Virus record (IMG/VR): IMGVR_UViG_3300013126_000019 | Span: 16,689 to 80,688 of that record | From: a virus | Direction: 5' to 3' (one strand) | DNA: 64,000 nucleotides | In this document: piece after piece, positions 19,571-30,744 of the stretch | How the letters are laid out: each line of letters opens with the position of its first letter | Position numbering within the stretch: position 1 is the stretch's first letter | Notes under the pieces: model-generated | What the model was told of the DNA's origin: nothing | The model's database searches: none | The model's input: the letters and a program-made list of their open reading frames with translations, nothing else | Made by a program: the position numbers and the translations under genes

Positions 19571-22519
19571 TTACGAACTTTTCCTAGAAGTTGCCCAGGC
19601 ATCAGTAAAATAATCATCAAGAGATTTACTGTTATATTTAGTTACTTTACCACCCTTTTTCTGTTGGGCTACAGCACCTGCTCCTAATAGAAGTGCTGGC
19701 GGTAACAAGCCTTTATATATATTAGGATTGCTCATATCAAAAAACCCTACATTACCTACTGCTGATTTAAGTTGTTTGTTTGTAGGAAAAACTACTTCCC
19801 ATGCATCATCTAAATTTCTTACTCTTTCTATTCCTCTATGTTGATTATGAATAGCTACATCATAATCTAACAACTGTTCATTTAATGGTGCAGTTTTTCT
19901 GTGAAAATTAAATAAATCCATTTCTTTTCCAGCTGGAGAATTTGTACCCATTTTTATTAACTCTTCAGAGGTTATAGGATTTTTTCCTAAACCGTATAAT
20001 TTATATAAAGTGGGTTCAATATCTCCTGTATGCATCCATGCACCAGAAGTTGTATAGCTACTTGCTGAACCTTTAGGGGGAACTGTATAAACACCACTGC
20101 CTGAATATCCAGAATCTCCTAATTGAAACTTAGATTCATCAAAAACATCAAATTTTTTAGGGGAACCATGTTCTAATATCCAAGGACTACCATCAGGATT
20201 TACTAATTTAGAATCTCCAAAAGCTTTTTTAAACCAACTACTTTGTTGTTGTACAAATTGCTCAGGAGTTCCTTTAAATGTAGAACCATCTGGATTCTTC
20301 ATCCATGTTCCATTAGCTTTAGTAGATTCTTCTATTGTATTGTATTCATTAATAAGCTCTGGATATTTAGGTGTATCAGGATTCCATTTAGCCCAATCTA
20401 TTTCTGATTTGAATTTACCAGTATTACTAGAACTAGGTAGTGGCTTAACAATATAGTCAAACCCACCAATATCATTTTTAACTTTACCTACTTGTTTAAA
20501 ATTTAAACCTGTACCAATCAATTCTCTTTCTTCACTTAACGGAATATTTTGACCAATACCGCGCGCAAAGTCTCTAGTGTTTTCTTTATTTATCAATTGC
20601 AATTCATCTTCTGCCAGTGGTGTATATTCATTAGCAATGAAGTTGTTTTTCATTTTTGATAAATGTCTGCTTGGTATAACAATCCTATCTGGAGCACCAC
20701 TGTATCCTACTCTGCCTACGCCTACACTAAATGATGTAGGCCTGTCACCAAAATTTATTGATCCATTTTCTTCAGTAGCACCTAAAGTGCTTTGTCCTGC
20801 TTTGTTACTGTTAAAACGTCTTGTGGCAATTACATTTGAGTTTTCAGGAATTTCAAGCTGATATTTATTAATGATATTGTTTAGCTGTTGTCTTTTAGCG
20901 GCATCGACTGGTCCAAATCTACCTGTAAAAGGAGAACTGTCATGCTGGTATTCAATTATAAGACGTCTTTCTGCTGGAGTCAATTTACCACTATTTATTA
21001 GTGAATTAAACATGTCTGCACTGGCTTCCTGAGAAAGACCTATTGCCGGACTTTTCCATGCGTAAGGTATCATTGAGTTACCAGTTGCAACATTCTTGTA
21101 TGCATTAACAAATGCTTTAATATCTTGAGGTAAAGATCCTGCTCCTAAAAAGTTTAAAGCATTTAAACTACCTTCAAAAGCTACATCAGTTAAATTACCA
21201 GTGCCTTTGTTATACTCAGTCAATGCTTGTCTAAAATCAGAATCGGGATTAAGAAAGTTATATGCACCGTGTGCTGCAAATCCTGTATTAGCTATATTAC
21301 CCAATGTTAAGCCTGTACCTAGTAGCTCCGTGCCTAATAAACCACTAGCTGCTGTTAGTGTTGCTGGTGCCATAAGAGCAGCTTCAAAAATGGGCACACT
21401 TGGTAGTCCAGCTGGATCTGTGTTATAAGGATTTTTTTTCCACTCGTATTCTGCTTGCCGTCTAGCCTTTTCTTGAGAATCTAAAATTTTATTTTCAGCA
21501 TCTAACTCAGCATTAAATTTAGTTGGTCCGGGATGTTGGGCTGCATAAATATTCTTTAGTGCATTTTGTAAAGCCGGTGCCTCTAAATTTGTACCGGCAA
21601 ATCTTTGTCCCCATCCAGAAGCTTCATAGTCTTTTACTGAATTCCAACCCATTGCCTGAGCTCTTCTGTTAAGCTCCATGTTTTCATTATAGGATTTACT
21701 ATAATCATAACTAGGAGAAAAAGTTCCCATAGTTTGCGCTTTAGGCAAATGTCCCCCCTCTTGAAATGAAGCTGCTCTATTTTGTATTTCTTCATTTATC
21801 TTACGCTGTCTTAACCTTAAATTTGGCGTTTCTTCTACAGGTGTATTTGTTTTATACCCAGGATTTCTTAAACCAGGGGATAAATTTGAAAATGGAATTT
21901 CATTTGGAGCTAATGAAAAGTAATTACGCAAAATCATATAATATGCATCAACGGGTCTTGTGCGCCCATTTCTCAAAGATTGTTGATAGTCTATATTAGA
22001 TTTTGGTTGAGCTACTAAAGGTACCACATCTTCTTTCCAACACTCGTCACCGGGGTGACATTGTCTTTTCATGCTGATCATTTTTGCAGCTATCTCTGGA
22101 CCATACTTATTAAGACTTTGTTGGTAGTACTCAAATAAAGAACTATTTGAAGTTGGTGGTATAGCTAAATTATCTACACAGTTTCCATTTCCATCTGGCA
22201 CTTTTCCCTCAGGGCAATTTGTTAAACCCATCATCATATATGAATCTCCAGTAAAACCACCGGCAGCAAATTTTAACAAGTTCTCATTTTGCCGTAATGG
22301 TACCTTTTGTTCTATTACACCCATAGCTCCTGGAAAGTTATATGATGGTACTCCAGGTTTCATCATAACACTACCACCAAAATTTCCATCTGGATATACA
22401 GGTGTAGCCTGTACATAATCCTCTACACCTAACATAGTTAATGCATCACCCGGTATAAATAACTCTTTATGTTTTTTGTCTTTACTGTTTTTCTTGTAAC
22501 CTGTAGTACTAACTTTCAT
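19571..22519 (-). CDS. internal virion protein with two putative ADP-ribosyltransferase domains (982 aa)
   Basis: R-S-E type motifs (ATRR, TSFS, EERE) followed by the ART-PolyVal-like SKLVNPDGSPWILEHGS..FDVFD..GVYT. Confidence 0.6.
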   Translation of the reverse strand: MKVSTTGYKKNSKDKKHKELFIPGDALTMLGVEDYVQATPVYPDGNFGGSVMMKPGVPSYNFPGAMGVIEQKVPLRQNENLLKFAAGGFTGDSYMMMGLTNCPEGKVPDGNGNCVDNLAIPPTSNSSLFEYYQQSLNKYGPEIAAKMISMKRQCHPGDECWKEDVVPLVAQPKSNIDYQQSLRNGRTRPVDAYYMILRNYFSLAPNEIPFSNLSPGLRNPGYKTNTPVEETPNLRLRQRKINEEIQNRAASFQEGGHLPKAQTMGTFSPSYDYSKSYNENMELNRRAQAMGWNSVKDYEASGWGQRFAGTNLEAPALQNALKNIYAAQHPGPTKFNAELDAENKILDSQEKARRQAEYEWKKNPYNTDPAGLPSVPIFEAALMAPATLTAASGLLGTELLGTGLTLGNIANTGFAAHGAYNFLNPDSDFRQALTEYNKGTGNLTDVAFEGSLNALNFLGAGSLPQDIKAFVNAYKNVATGNSMIPYAWKSPAIGLSQEASADMFNSLINSGKLTPAERRLIIEYQHDSSPFTGRFGPVDAAKRQQLNNIINKYQLEIPENSNVIATRRFNSNKAGQSTLGATEENGSINFGDRPTSFSVGVGRVGYSGAPDRIVIPSRHLSKMKNNFIANEYTPLAEDELQLINKENTRDFARGIGQNIPLSEERELIGTGLNFKQVGKVKNDIGGFDYIVKPLPSSSNTGKFKSEIDWAKWNPDTPKYPELINEYNTIEESTKANGTWMKNPDGSTFKGTPEQFVQQQSSWFKKAFGDSKLVNPDGSPWILEHGSPKKFDVFDESKFQLGDSGYSGSGVYTVPPKGSASSYTTSGAWMHTGDIEPTLYKLYGLGKNPITSEELIKMGTNSPAGKEMDLFNFHRKTAPLNEQLLDYDVAIHNQHRGIERVRNLDDAWEVVFPTNKQLKSAVGNVGFFDMSNPNIYKGLLPPALLLGAGAVAQQKKGGKVTKYNSKSLDDYFTDAWATSRKSS

Positions 22520-25500
22520 TATCTAGGAGAATTAAGAAGTTTATTATTTGCAATTTTTAATGACATAAGTTTATCACGACTCTCTGTCTTAATGAGAACA
22601 ACGTGGTTATAGTAATGTCTGAATTTTTTTCTTTGGGTAGCTACTTTTGCATAATCCAAGTTATTTGGATTAAGGTTTCTAATGTAACCATTTTCTTCAG
22701 TTTCCCAAATAGGTTGCTGAACTATAACCCCACCATTAACATATTCTCCACGATCTCTAGTAATATCCCAAAACTGATTAAATCTATACTTCTGCTCTTC
22801 CTTAGAAAACAGTATATCAATACTTGCTTGATTAATAATAGGATAGTTAAGCATTGCAAATGGGTCTTCTTTAGGCTTAAGGTTTAAATTAAGCATACCA
22901 GAAACCTGCTCTGAGTTATATATGATGGCATGATCAAAATTCTCATCTAGTACATGGAAAGAGTCAATTCCGTTTGGTGCAAACTTATAGGCTTCCATTA
23001 TATACTCGATGTTTCTTGTAGTGTTTACAAGCTGACCGGTTTGAGCTATATAGTCAATCTCAAATGGATAATAGGTTCCATAGTAGTTACAGTAGTCATC
23101 AGATCTTAAATTGTGTCTCCAAATACCGTTGTCTTTAGTTGTGTAAAAATCTATAGGTGCAGAGATAACTAAATCAGGATGCCAGTCATGAAAGGATATC
23201 CAATATTTTTGTTTAGGGTCATAACTTACTGTCCACGATGTATCATTAAAGTATCGGGGATCACCCAAATAAATAATAACTGAACTGGGTTTACCATCTA
23301 TAACAGGATGAAATATATTGCCTGAATCATATACAAGTTGCGTAGGTGCATCAGGTCTTAGCATATAGTCCTTTTTACAGAAGTATACTATTTGATCATC
23401 ATTATCATAAATACTTTGACAACCAATACCTATTACAGGATTATCAGTAAGTTGAAAATCTGGAAAATCCCATAATAACCTAAATGGTAAATACCAACTA
23501 AACCACCACTTCATACCATTATTAGAAATCTCATCAAGACCTTGACCAATTGTAAAGACTTTACCTTGACTCTGACTCATCCAGAATAATCCAAATGGTG
23601 TATTAGTAGCTGCAAATTTATTTTGACAGGCCCCATACTGATTTGCAATTTCTGTATTAGTAACACTTTGCGGAGGTGTTGCAAACAAACCACCATCACC
23701 TAAAATAACTTTTGTGTTTAACTCAGTCTGAAGTGTATCTTGACCGGCATATAATAGCGGACTACCATCTTTAAACAATATTGCAAAACCTGTTTTATTA
23801 ATTGATTTTATAGTTATAGGTTTTGTATTATAGTCTTGATAGTCGTTAGTTAGGAATACATCCCAGGTATCTTTTGGAGAATCTGAAGATGGTAAAGAGT
23901 AAATAATTCTATAGGGTAGAGATACGTAACATGTTGCAGAAACGTAAGGGTCATAATATGTCTCTTGCATTTTACCCCATGAAATAAAGTTGCTAAACAA
24001 AGACGTATTACTTAAAGAGTAATCATACTTGTAGTAATTACCAACTTTAATTATCTGGGTATCAAACATCTCAGGAAGATCTGTATACGAATATGCATCA
24101 TAATGTCTTCTTGATGGTTCATTATCCCAATCTCTATATGCAAGGTTAATTTCAGACTCAACATAGAAATCTCTAATACTTGAATTAAACAAGTAGAAGT
24201 ATGCATTTTTAAGTGCAAATCTAAATTTAGAAGCACTTATATTAGCACTAGAGCTATCATTATCTCCTAAATTTCCATAATCACTATAATCAGAATTATA
24301 AGCAGTAGAAGAAACCGTCATTACTGGACAGTTAGATCCGCCTATAGGTAATTGATAAGTTGGGGAATTGGGGTCTGTATCAGTAATACAGTCATTAGGT
24401 ATAGTATAATCCCAGTTTGGATTAGATACAACTGAATAAGTTGTCTGTTGGGTTACTCCCCCACTTACTCCAGGATTAACACCATTACCACCCTGTACAT
24501 CTGTAATACCTTCAAATTCCTCTGGCGCAGCTCCTCTATCAAGGTGAGCAAGATTGCTTGGTATATTCCAATAATTAGTGTCAGTAAGATTCTGCAATAC
24601 ACTGGCTATAAAGCCTTGAGGTTCAAACTCTGTAAAGTCTGCCCAATATCTTGGATAACCAACCATATAATAATCCCGATAGTTAAATTCAGTGCCATCA
24701 GGAACATTATACAACCAGTCATAAAAATAAAAGAAGGTATTTTTTTCAGTATATCTCCCTACATAGGTATCTCCACCAAATAATAAAGAAGAACTGTAAA
24801 TACGTTTTTGTGTAATAGGTTTATTGTTATTTACAATTTCTCTACACGGTATAGGTATCTGTCTTACACTTTGTACTTGACCATATTGATTATCCATACG
24901 GACTTTTAACCCACTATAATAACAAGAAGGTACAGTGCGTATTTCAGCTCTAGGATCTTTGTCGTGATCCCAAGGTTTATTTGGACCATGATAGTCTGGA
25001 TTTGTTAAAGCATCTCCATAATAGCTACCAATAGTCTGAGCAGTATTATCTGCTACAAATGGATTTTGTAATGTAGTAGGTGTACCATTACCATTACCAA
25101 TATGTAAAGCCACAGTTCTATGACGATACATATTATTAATTTTAAATTGCACTGTACTATTAGGTACAAAAAAGTTTTGAAAAGTTGGGTCTAAATATAA
25201 AGACTTATCAATTCTTCTTCTTGTATTTCCCCAAACTGCATTACCTTTCCAATAAGTGTGAAGATTTGCATGGGCTAAATATCTCCATGCATAGTGTCTA
25301 TATTTAACTAAAGATTTTATAATATCCATAGCCACACCCATACCTTGTGAAAAGTATTGACCTGTTAAAATAATACCCGATGCAACTCTTAATACTTTAG
25401 GTAAAGCTTGTATATCAGGCTGCTCAATTTGTTTTTTGTAACGACCACCACTATAACCTGCTAGTAATGCTGATTCAGCAGCGTAACTCGCTTGTGTAGA

Positions 25501-27900
25501 AAGAGCAGCTGAATCCAATCCCCCAAAGCCTGCAGCAATTCCTAACATATTAGCAAAGGATGAACCTGCAATATTTAAAGGTATATACCCGGTATTTGCA
25601 AGAGCTATGTTAGCAGCACTTGCTGTAGTATTTAATCCAGCAAGTGACTCAAAACCTTCTGTCTTTTTACCAGCTAATTTGAATATTAAAGCTTCAGCAA
25701 TACCTGTTAAAGCACCTACAATAAAAGCTAGATCTGTTAGTAGTTTTTCTTTAGGATGTCCTGGTACAGGCTCCCAAGAACCTTTTGCTATATTTTTATT
25801 ACCGAATATATGGGATGTTTCAGCATAGACTTTTAACTCTATTGGTGCAAGATATGGGTTTCTAAAGTTAGTTTCTGGTGAGTGAAACGTAAACATATCC
25901 TGTCTGTAGAATCCGATATTGTCAGGATTTACAGAAGGGCCTTGTGCAGGATTATTTACAGTTCCTGAATAAGCCTCATACTCTGGGGGCGAATCACCAG
26001 GACCACCTTCAAGTTCTCTAGCTGATAATGCAGGATCTGCATATAAAGGATTATAGGGATAGTTTTGAAATAAACCAATTTCGGTACCATCCGTTTCACC
26101 ACCAGTTACACTTTGTAATCTGTAGGTGCGCATATTGTTTAATAATCCTTTTGCAATAACTGTCTTATTACCAACACGGGTACCTCTTAATATTTCATAA
26201 CCTACAACACCAGGGATGATATTACCATCATTATCTAGGGGTGTTTTTATATTTGAAAATTCTACACCTAGTAATCTTATAGCAATAGCATCACCTTGAG
26301 CATTAGTTCTAGTATGTGTTAAAGCATCATATATTGTTGATGTCTGACTACCATTAAATAAATAAATTAAATCAGCCGGCATCTTATGGTGCCTAATAGG
26401 CTTACCACATAAATCATAGTCAATGTTAGATGTACCTGACCATAAACTGTTATAGGTAGCATTCCAAACTTGGGGCATATCATCAACGTATTTTTCAGAT
26501 GATTCCCAGTAGCCCATTTTACCACGAGCAACTACAACACCTCCATCAGCTAATGTTTGTTGTGTTATACTTGTATGATATGCAGTATTATATACCTGCC
26601 ATCTTTTTGGTACATATGGGTCAACATCCTCTAGTTGTTCATATGCGTCAGAATTTGTTGTAACGTAATCATTTACACCATCCCATTCTCTATTTAACTC
26701 TTTTGCTCTACCCGGTATATGGTATGATGAACTTGTAGAGCCATCTTTATATACCCATCTAATCCAAAAAGCATACTGCTCATCACGCATATATCCTACA
26801 TTAGTACCACCTTTTTCATAGTAGTCATTAGGATATTCTACCATAACCCAGTTAGTACTAATCTGATTAGCAAAAGGTTGGTAGTTAAAATCAAATTTAG
26901 CAGTAGGGCCTATTCTAAATAAGTTGTCACCAATAGAAACCATTGATTCAGACTTATCATAGTTAATTCCTTTAAACGGAATAATCTTAATAGGAATATT
27001 TGGTAAAGACTCTTCTAAATTATCAATACCAATATGTTTTGTTCTAGTGCTGTATACACCAACTCTTTGAGCTGCTGTATTACTACCTACCATTTTTACT
27101 ATAACTAATTCAAATTCATCATAGTTATCTACATCAAGATTGCTAAATTCAATATCTAGTGAGCCTTGAAGATTTGCATGATTAAATACACCGGCAATAT
27201 TACTAGGAGGGAAATAATCTGTAGCTTTAACACTATTAACTGCATACGCTATAACTGCAAAATAAGAACCATTTGCAAGTGTACCGCCTGTTGTTCCTGT
27301 AGTAATATTAATACACGGACTATTAGAATTTCTATTAAGTAGGATAGCATCACAATCAAGGTGCGGAGTATCAACACATATTACGCATCCTGCTGCATCT
27401 GTAATACAGTTTTGCTGATAAGGAACTTTATCAACATTGATAGATCTATCAGGGTTATTATTATCAGCAAAGTATACTTGATAAGTGCAATCAAAATTCA
27501 TTTTTGCTGCACCGGTAACCAAAAAATCAGTACTAAAATTTAAACACTTGTCATTAACTACTTTTTTATATGCATCTGCATCACCACATTTAGCGGTGTC
27601 AAATAAACCAATTTCCGAATCTGTATTATTAGTTGAAAAAATAGCCCATGTTGTTTCATACATATAGACAGCTCCTATAATGGTATATGGGGCTGATCCG
27701 CAGCTAAGATTAGAGCGCTCATTACTTAATGATCCAAGTTCACCTTCATTAGTATTATTAACCGCATTACGTGCATGAAACCACGCACCTTCTGGAAAAT
27801 AAACTTCATCATAATCTTTATAAAGCCCTTTATTAAAGGTCATTGTTCTAACTTCTGAACCAGAAGCCATAGAACCAGCAGATCTTTCTTTTTTAGCCAT
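22519..27900 (-). CDS. tail stabilization/nozzle-type protein (1793 aa)
   Basis: Large beta-rich protein directly after the ring-type genes. C-terminal WTVSYDP..WISFHDWHP is typical of crAss-like tail stabilization proteins. Confidence 0.65.
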   Translation of the reverse strand: MAKKERSAGSMASGSEVRTMTFNKGLYKDYDEVYFPEGAWFHARNAVNNTNEGELGSLSNERSNLSCGSAPYTIIGAVYMYETTWAIFSTNNTDSEIGLFDTAKCGDADAYKKVVNDKCLNFSTDFLVTGAAKMNFDCTYQVYFADNNNPDRSINVDKVPYQQNCITDAAGCVICVDTPHLDCDAILLNRNSNSPCINITTGTTGGTLANGSYFAVIAYAVNSVKATDYFPPSNIAGVFNHANLQGSLDIEFSNLDVDNYDEFELVIVKMVGSNTAAQRVGVYSTRTKHIGIDNLEESLPNIPIKIIPFKGINYDKSESMVSIGDNLFRIGPTAKFDFNYQPFANQISTNWVMVEYPNDYYEKGGTNVGYMRDEQYAFWIRWVYKDGSTSSSYHIPGRAKELNREWDGVNDYVTTNSDAYEQLEDVDPYVPKRWQVYNTAYHTSITQQTLADGGVVVARGKMGYWESSEKYVDDMPQVWNATYNSLWSGTSNIDYDLCGKPIRHHKMPADLIYLFNGSQTSTIYDALTHTRTNAQGDAIAIRLLGVEFSNIKTPLDNDGNIIPGVVGYEILRGTRVGNKTVIAKGLLNNMRTYRLQSVTGGETDGTEIGLFQNYPYNPLYADPALSARELEGGPGDSPPEYEAYSGTVNNPAQGPSVNPDNIGFYRQDMFTFHSPETNFRNPYLAPIELKVYAETSHIFGNKNIAKGSWEPVPGHPKEKLLTDLAFIVGALTGIAEALIFKLAGKKTEGFESLAGLNTTASAANIALANTGYIPLNIAGSSFANMLGIAAGFGGLDSAALSTQASYAAESALLAGYSGGRYKKQIEQPDIQALPKVLRVASGIILTGQYFSQGMGVAMDIIKSLVKYRHYAWRYLAHANLHTYWKGNAVWGNTRRRIDKSLYLDPTFQNFFVPNSTVQFKINNMYRHRTVALHIGNGNGTPTTLQNPFVADNTAQTIGSYYGDALTNPDYHGPNKPWDHDKDPRAEIRTVPSCYYSGLKVRMDNQYGQVQSVRQIPIPCREIVNNNKPITQKRIYSSSLLFGGDTYVGRYTEKNTFFYFYDWLYNVPDGTEFNYRDYYMVGYPRYWADFTEFEPQGFIASVLQNLTDTNYWNIPSNLAHLDRGAAPEEFEGITDVQGGNGVNPGVSGGVTQQTTYSVVSNPNWDYTIPNDCITDTDPNSPTYQLPIGGSNCPVMTVSSTAYNSDYSDYGNLGDNDSSSANISASKFRFALKNAYFYLFNSSIRDFYVESEINLAYRDWDNEPSRRHYDAYSYTDLPEMFDTQIIKVGNYYKYDYSLSNTSLFSNFISWGKMQETYYDPYVSATCYVSLPYRIIYSLPSSDSPKDTWDVFLTNDYQDYNTKPITIKSINKTGFAILFKDGSPLLYAGQDTLQTELNTKVILGDGGLFATPPQSVTNTEIANQYGACQNKFAATNTPFGLFWMSQSQGKVFTIGQGLDEISNNGMKWWFSWYLPFRLLWDFPDFQLTDNPVIGIGCQSIYDNDDQIVYFCKKDYMLRPDAPTQLVYDSGNIFHPVIDGKPSSVIIYLGDPRYFNDTSWTVSYDPKQKYWISFHDWHPDLVISAPIDFYTTKDNGIWRHNLRSDDYCNYYGTYYPFEIDYIAQTGQLVNTTRNIEYIMEAYKFAPNGIDSFHVLDENFDHAIIYNSEQVSGMLNLNLKPKEDPFAMLNYPIINQASIDILFSKEEQKYRFNQFWDITRDRGEYVNGGVIVQQPIWETEENGYIRNLNPNNLDYAKVATQRKKFRHYYNHVVLIKTESRDKLMSLKIANNKLLNSPR

Positions 27901-27902
27901 TA

Positions 27903-28805
27903 TTAAACTGCATTATTGATGTTATAATCTATAGGTCTATAGTAAGACTTGAACATATCATAGTACTTAGAGTACATTGCTTTACGATTCATAGCCCATA
28001 CTTTTTGCATTTCAGAGAAGTTAGGAGTATTTACAATACTTAAAGCGTTATTTCTGGCAGCTCTAAATTCTGCAGCAACAAGTTGATATTGACCTGATAC
28101 ATTTTCACCAGACATAACAAGAGTTTCTAAAATTTTTTTCTTAAGCGCATACTCATAGTATTCATTAAGCATAGGATGATCTGGGACCATTAATTCACCA
28201 TCTTCATTTTCTAGTGTACCTTGATAATTTATATAGATCTTACCGTCTTGAAAAGTGGTCCAAATAAAATTATCTTTGATGTATGCTTCATCTAATCCCT
28301 TATAAGATAAGTTAGGACACTCGCAATCAATGAATTGTGAATTCTTAAATCTAATAGGAAACATGCGGTTATAGGTTCTTGTTTCAGTGTTTACTACTTG
28401 GATTAGCTGATAGGCATCTCCACATTGAGTTAAACATACTGGAGTATTAGGCGTATTAACATTAGAACAATTGTTACCATCTACCCAACCTCTATAACTA
28501 GGTACAACTTGTTGAATATTAGTACCTTGAGGTGGAACAAATGATACTGTATAATCACCGCACAGTAATGCAAAATTCATCACATAAAAGTCATCCGGTA
28601 ATCTTACACGCCCTTTCTCTACTTCAAGAACACGCTCTTTGGTCATATAGATTCTAAGACCTAAATCGTAGTTTGTCTTAATTGCAATTTTAATTAACGT
28701 TGCAGGATCAACCTTACCTTCCAAAGACAAGCCTGGAAGATCTACTTTAACATCTTCTAAAAGTTGTTCAAAGGTTCTGTATTTAAGAGTGTAGTTGTAA
28801 TTCAT
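27903..28805 (-). CDS. tail ring/tubular protein
   Basis: 300 aa; position before the large tail protein; pattern LPDDF...G.IYINY...ED.ELMVPD. Confidence 0.55.
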   Translation of the reverse strand: MNYNYTLKYRTFEQLLEDVKVDLPGLSLEGKVDPATLIKIAIKTNYDLGLRIYMTKERVLEVEKGRVRLPDDFYVMNFALLCGDYTVSFVPPQGTNIQQVVPSYRGWVDGNNCSNVNTPNTPVCLTQCGDAYQLIQVVNTETRTYNRMFPIRFKNSQFIDCECPNLSYKGLDEAYIKDNFIWTTFQDGKIYINYQGTLENEDGELMVPDHPMLNEYYEYALKKKILETLVMSGENVSGQYQLVAAEFRAARNNALSIVNTPNFSEMQKVWAMNRKAMYSKYYDMFKSYYRPIDYNINNAV

Positions 28806-29476
28806 TATCTAGCAATGTTTTGTTTATCTGATATGGCCATATCTGATGGCACCTGCATACTAACCAGTATTGACTGAATTACTTGTTGCTCTATTTCTGA
28901 AAATAAATACTCAGGAATAGATAGTTGCTGTTCTTGTCTTAGTGTACAATCTGTTTTAGAGTCACAGGTAAAATTAGAAACATCATCTTCAAAAATACCT
29001 TCAACTTTTATAGAATCCCAGTCAATGTTTGGAAAATATAAATAACCATTAAGGTACCAATAATACTTTTGCTTATTATACTTAAACTTTGTAGTTTTAG
29101 TCATTGATACATATTGTGCAGGATCTGTTTTATAGACAGTGTAATAGCCGTCAATTGAGGTAACAGTTCTAAACAGGGGACCGTATGTACCTTCCATGAT
29201 ATTGGGAAGTTTATCCTTAGTTCTTTTAATAGTTACCCCAGATTTGATATCACAACACGCCTCTACCTTATCTACCTCAATAAGATCAACGCAAGGTAAA
29301 GTTCTAAATAAGCTATTGTACTTAATAAGTTGATTAAGAGAGTCTTGTCTGCGTAAAAAGAATTTAGCAGACTTAATGATAAAGCTAAATATCAAACGGT
29401 CAGTAATAAAAGCATCTTGTGTCAAACCTTTTATTATAGAACGGACTCTTGAAACACTTTCACCAATTGTAGTCAT
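28805..29476 (-). CDS. tail ring protein
   Basis: 223 aa; YW.LNGYLY and VEGIFED patterns; synteny. Confidence 0.5.
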   Translation of the reverse strand: MTTIGESVSRVRSIIKGLTQDAFITDRLIFSFIIKSAKFFLRRQDSLNQLIKYNSLFRTLPCVDLIEVDKVEACCDIKSGVTIKRTKDKLPNIMEGTYGPLFRTVTSIDGYYTVYKTDPAQYVSMTKTTKFKYNKQKYYWYLNGYLYFPNIDWDSIKVEGIFEDDVSNFTCDSKTDCTLRQEQQLSIPEYLFSEIEQQVIQSILVSMQVPSDMAISDKQNIAR

Positions 29477-29478
29477 AA

Positions 29479-30063
29479 TTAAAATTCAAATTCATTATAT
29501 GTATCATAATCAAAGACTTCTTCAACAATAGGCATTTTGTCATACTCATATCTAAATACCTTTGCAAAAAGCTTTGATATATTATCTGCTGGGGTTAGCA
29601 TTAAGTACTTTGCCCAGTTATTTTTATAATTAGCAGAGAATGATCTTTTAAACTGTCTTATAGGGACAAACCCCCATAAAGTTCTATCTTTTAAAATACC
29701 CTTCTCTGTATAGTTAGTATAAAATATTTTACCTAGATACCCATCAGTATTTAGGTTTACTTCTTTCTTTTCTCCACCTGCAGTACTATAACTTTTATAG
29801 ATACCGGCATTTCTTTTTTTACAGGAGGCCCCTACTAAAATACCTAAATTTTCAGGTAACTTAACACCATCCCTTGTATTTATAACAGTTTGCCATATTT
29901 GTTCAGAATGATGATTAATCACACTTTTAAAATCAGCATAGTCTAAATCTTTATACTTAGGATACTTTTCTTTAAACTCTTTAAACATCTCACCGTTAAT
30001 TGTTGTAAGAACTGTTTTCCTACAACGCGGTCCTTTTACATCTGGTTTTTTATTAGTACTCAT
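29479..30063 (-). CDS. HU/IHF-like DNA-binding protein
   Basis: Basic protein with GVKLPENLGIL and a F.P.R.FKR-type motif; crAss-like tail modules carry IHF-like genes. Confidence 0.5.
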   Translation of the reverse strand: MSTNKKPDVKGPRCRKTVLTTINGEMFKEFKEKYPKYKDLDYADFKSVINHHSEQIWQTVINTRDGVKLPENLGILVGASCKKRNAGIYKSYSTAGGEKKEVNLNTDGYLGKIFYTNYTEKGILKDRTLWGFVPIRQFKRSFSANYKNNWAKYLMLTPADNISKLFAKVFRYEYDKMPIVEEVFDYDTYNEFEF

Positions 30064-30137
30064 ACCCTTATAACAATTTACAAAATTTCTTTCAGCTTTA
30101 AAAGTAATACTTAATTACTTCGTATACAAATATTAGT

Positions 30138-30171
30138 GAAAAACCCCCAAGCCTTTGCCTGAGGGTCTTTC
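30138..30171 (-). terminator. intrinsic terminator
   Basis: Minus strand GACCCTCAGGCAAAGGCTTGGGGGTTTTT after the FN3 gene. Confidence 0.55.
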
Positions 30172-30205
30172 TGTTTAGTCACGCTAAACCAACAAACGTG
30201 GACTA

Positions 30206-30739
30206 TTATAATGTCCGTATAATAATTATTGCACTTTCTGAGGTAGCTGTACCGCAGTCAGTTGTAACTTTAAAAAAGTATTGAGTACTAGAATTTAGGT
30301 TGGTTAACGTATAACTAGTTACATTTAATCCTGAAATAGCGGTAGTTGTAGAAGGAGTTGTTCCATAAGATAGTGTATATGACTCAGCTCCGGTATCTTC
30401 CCAATTAATGACAATTGCTGTAGTTCCTACATATGATGGATGTAAGTTTACCACAGCTGTACAATCGGGATCATAGCTATTAAAAGATAATGCCTGAAAT
30501 GCATTTTCTAGTGTAGCTCCTGCAGGCAAACTATAGCCTGTAGTACCGGCAAAAGAACCAAAATTATAAATTTGGTAATCTAGATTATGTTTTACACAAG
30601 TATCCTGGATAGTTTCATAACACGGTGTTGGATCCGGGCAAACTGTATCAGGAGGGCAGGTGTATGTAGGCATGGTTGTAAGAGGTAAATCCTTACAACC
30701 ACACTTATTATTTGTACAATTACATGTTTTACAAGCCAT
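30206..30739 (-). CDS. Cys-rich structural protein with C-terminal fibronectin type III domain
   Basis: W...Y.LSY...YTLTNL.SSTQY.FKV FN3 signature; Cys-rich N-terminus. Confidence 0.65.
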   Translation of the reverse strand: MACKTCNCTNNKCGCKDLPLTTMPTYTCPPDTVCPDPTPCYETIQDTCVKHNLDYQIYNFGSFAGTTGYSLPAGATLENAFQALSFNSYDPDCTAVVNLHPSYVGTTAIVINWEDTGAESYTLSYGTTPSTTTAISGLNVTSYTLTNLNSSTQYFFKVTTDCGTATSESAIIIIRTL

Positions 30740-30744
30740 TTTTA

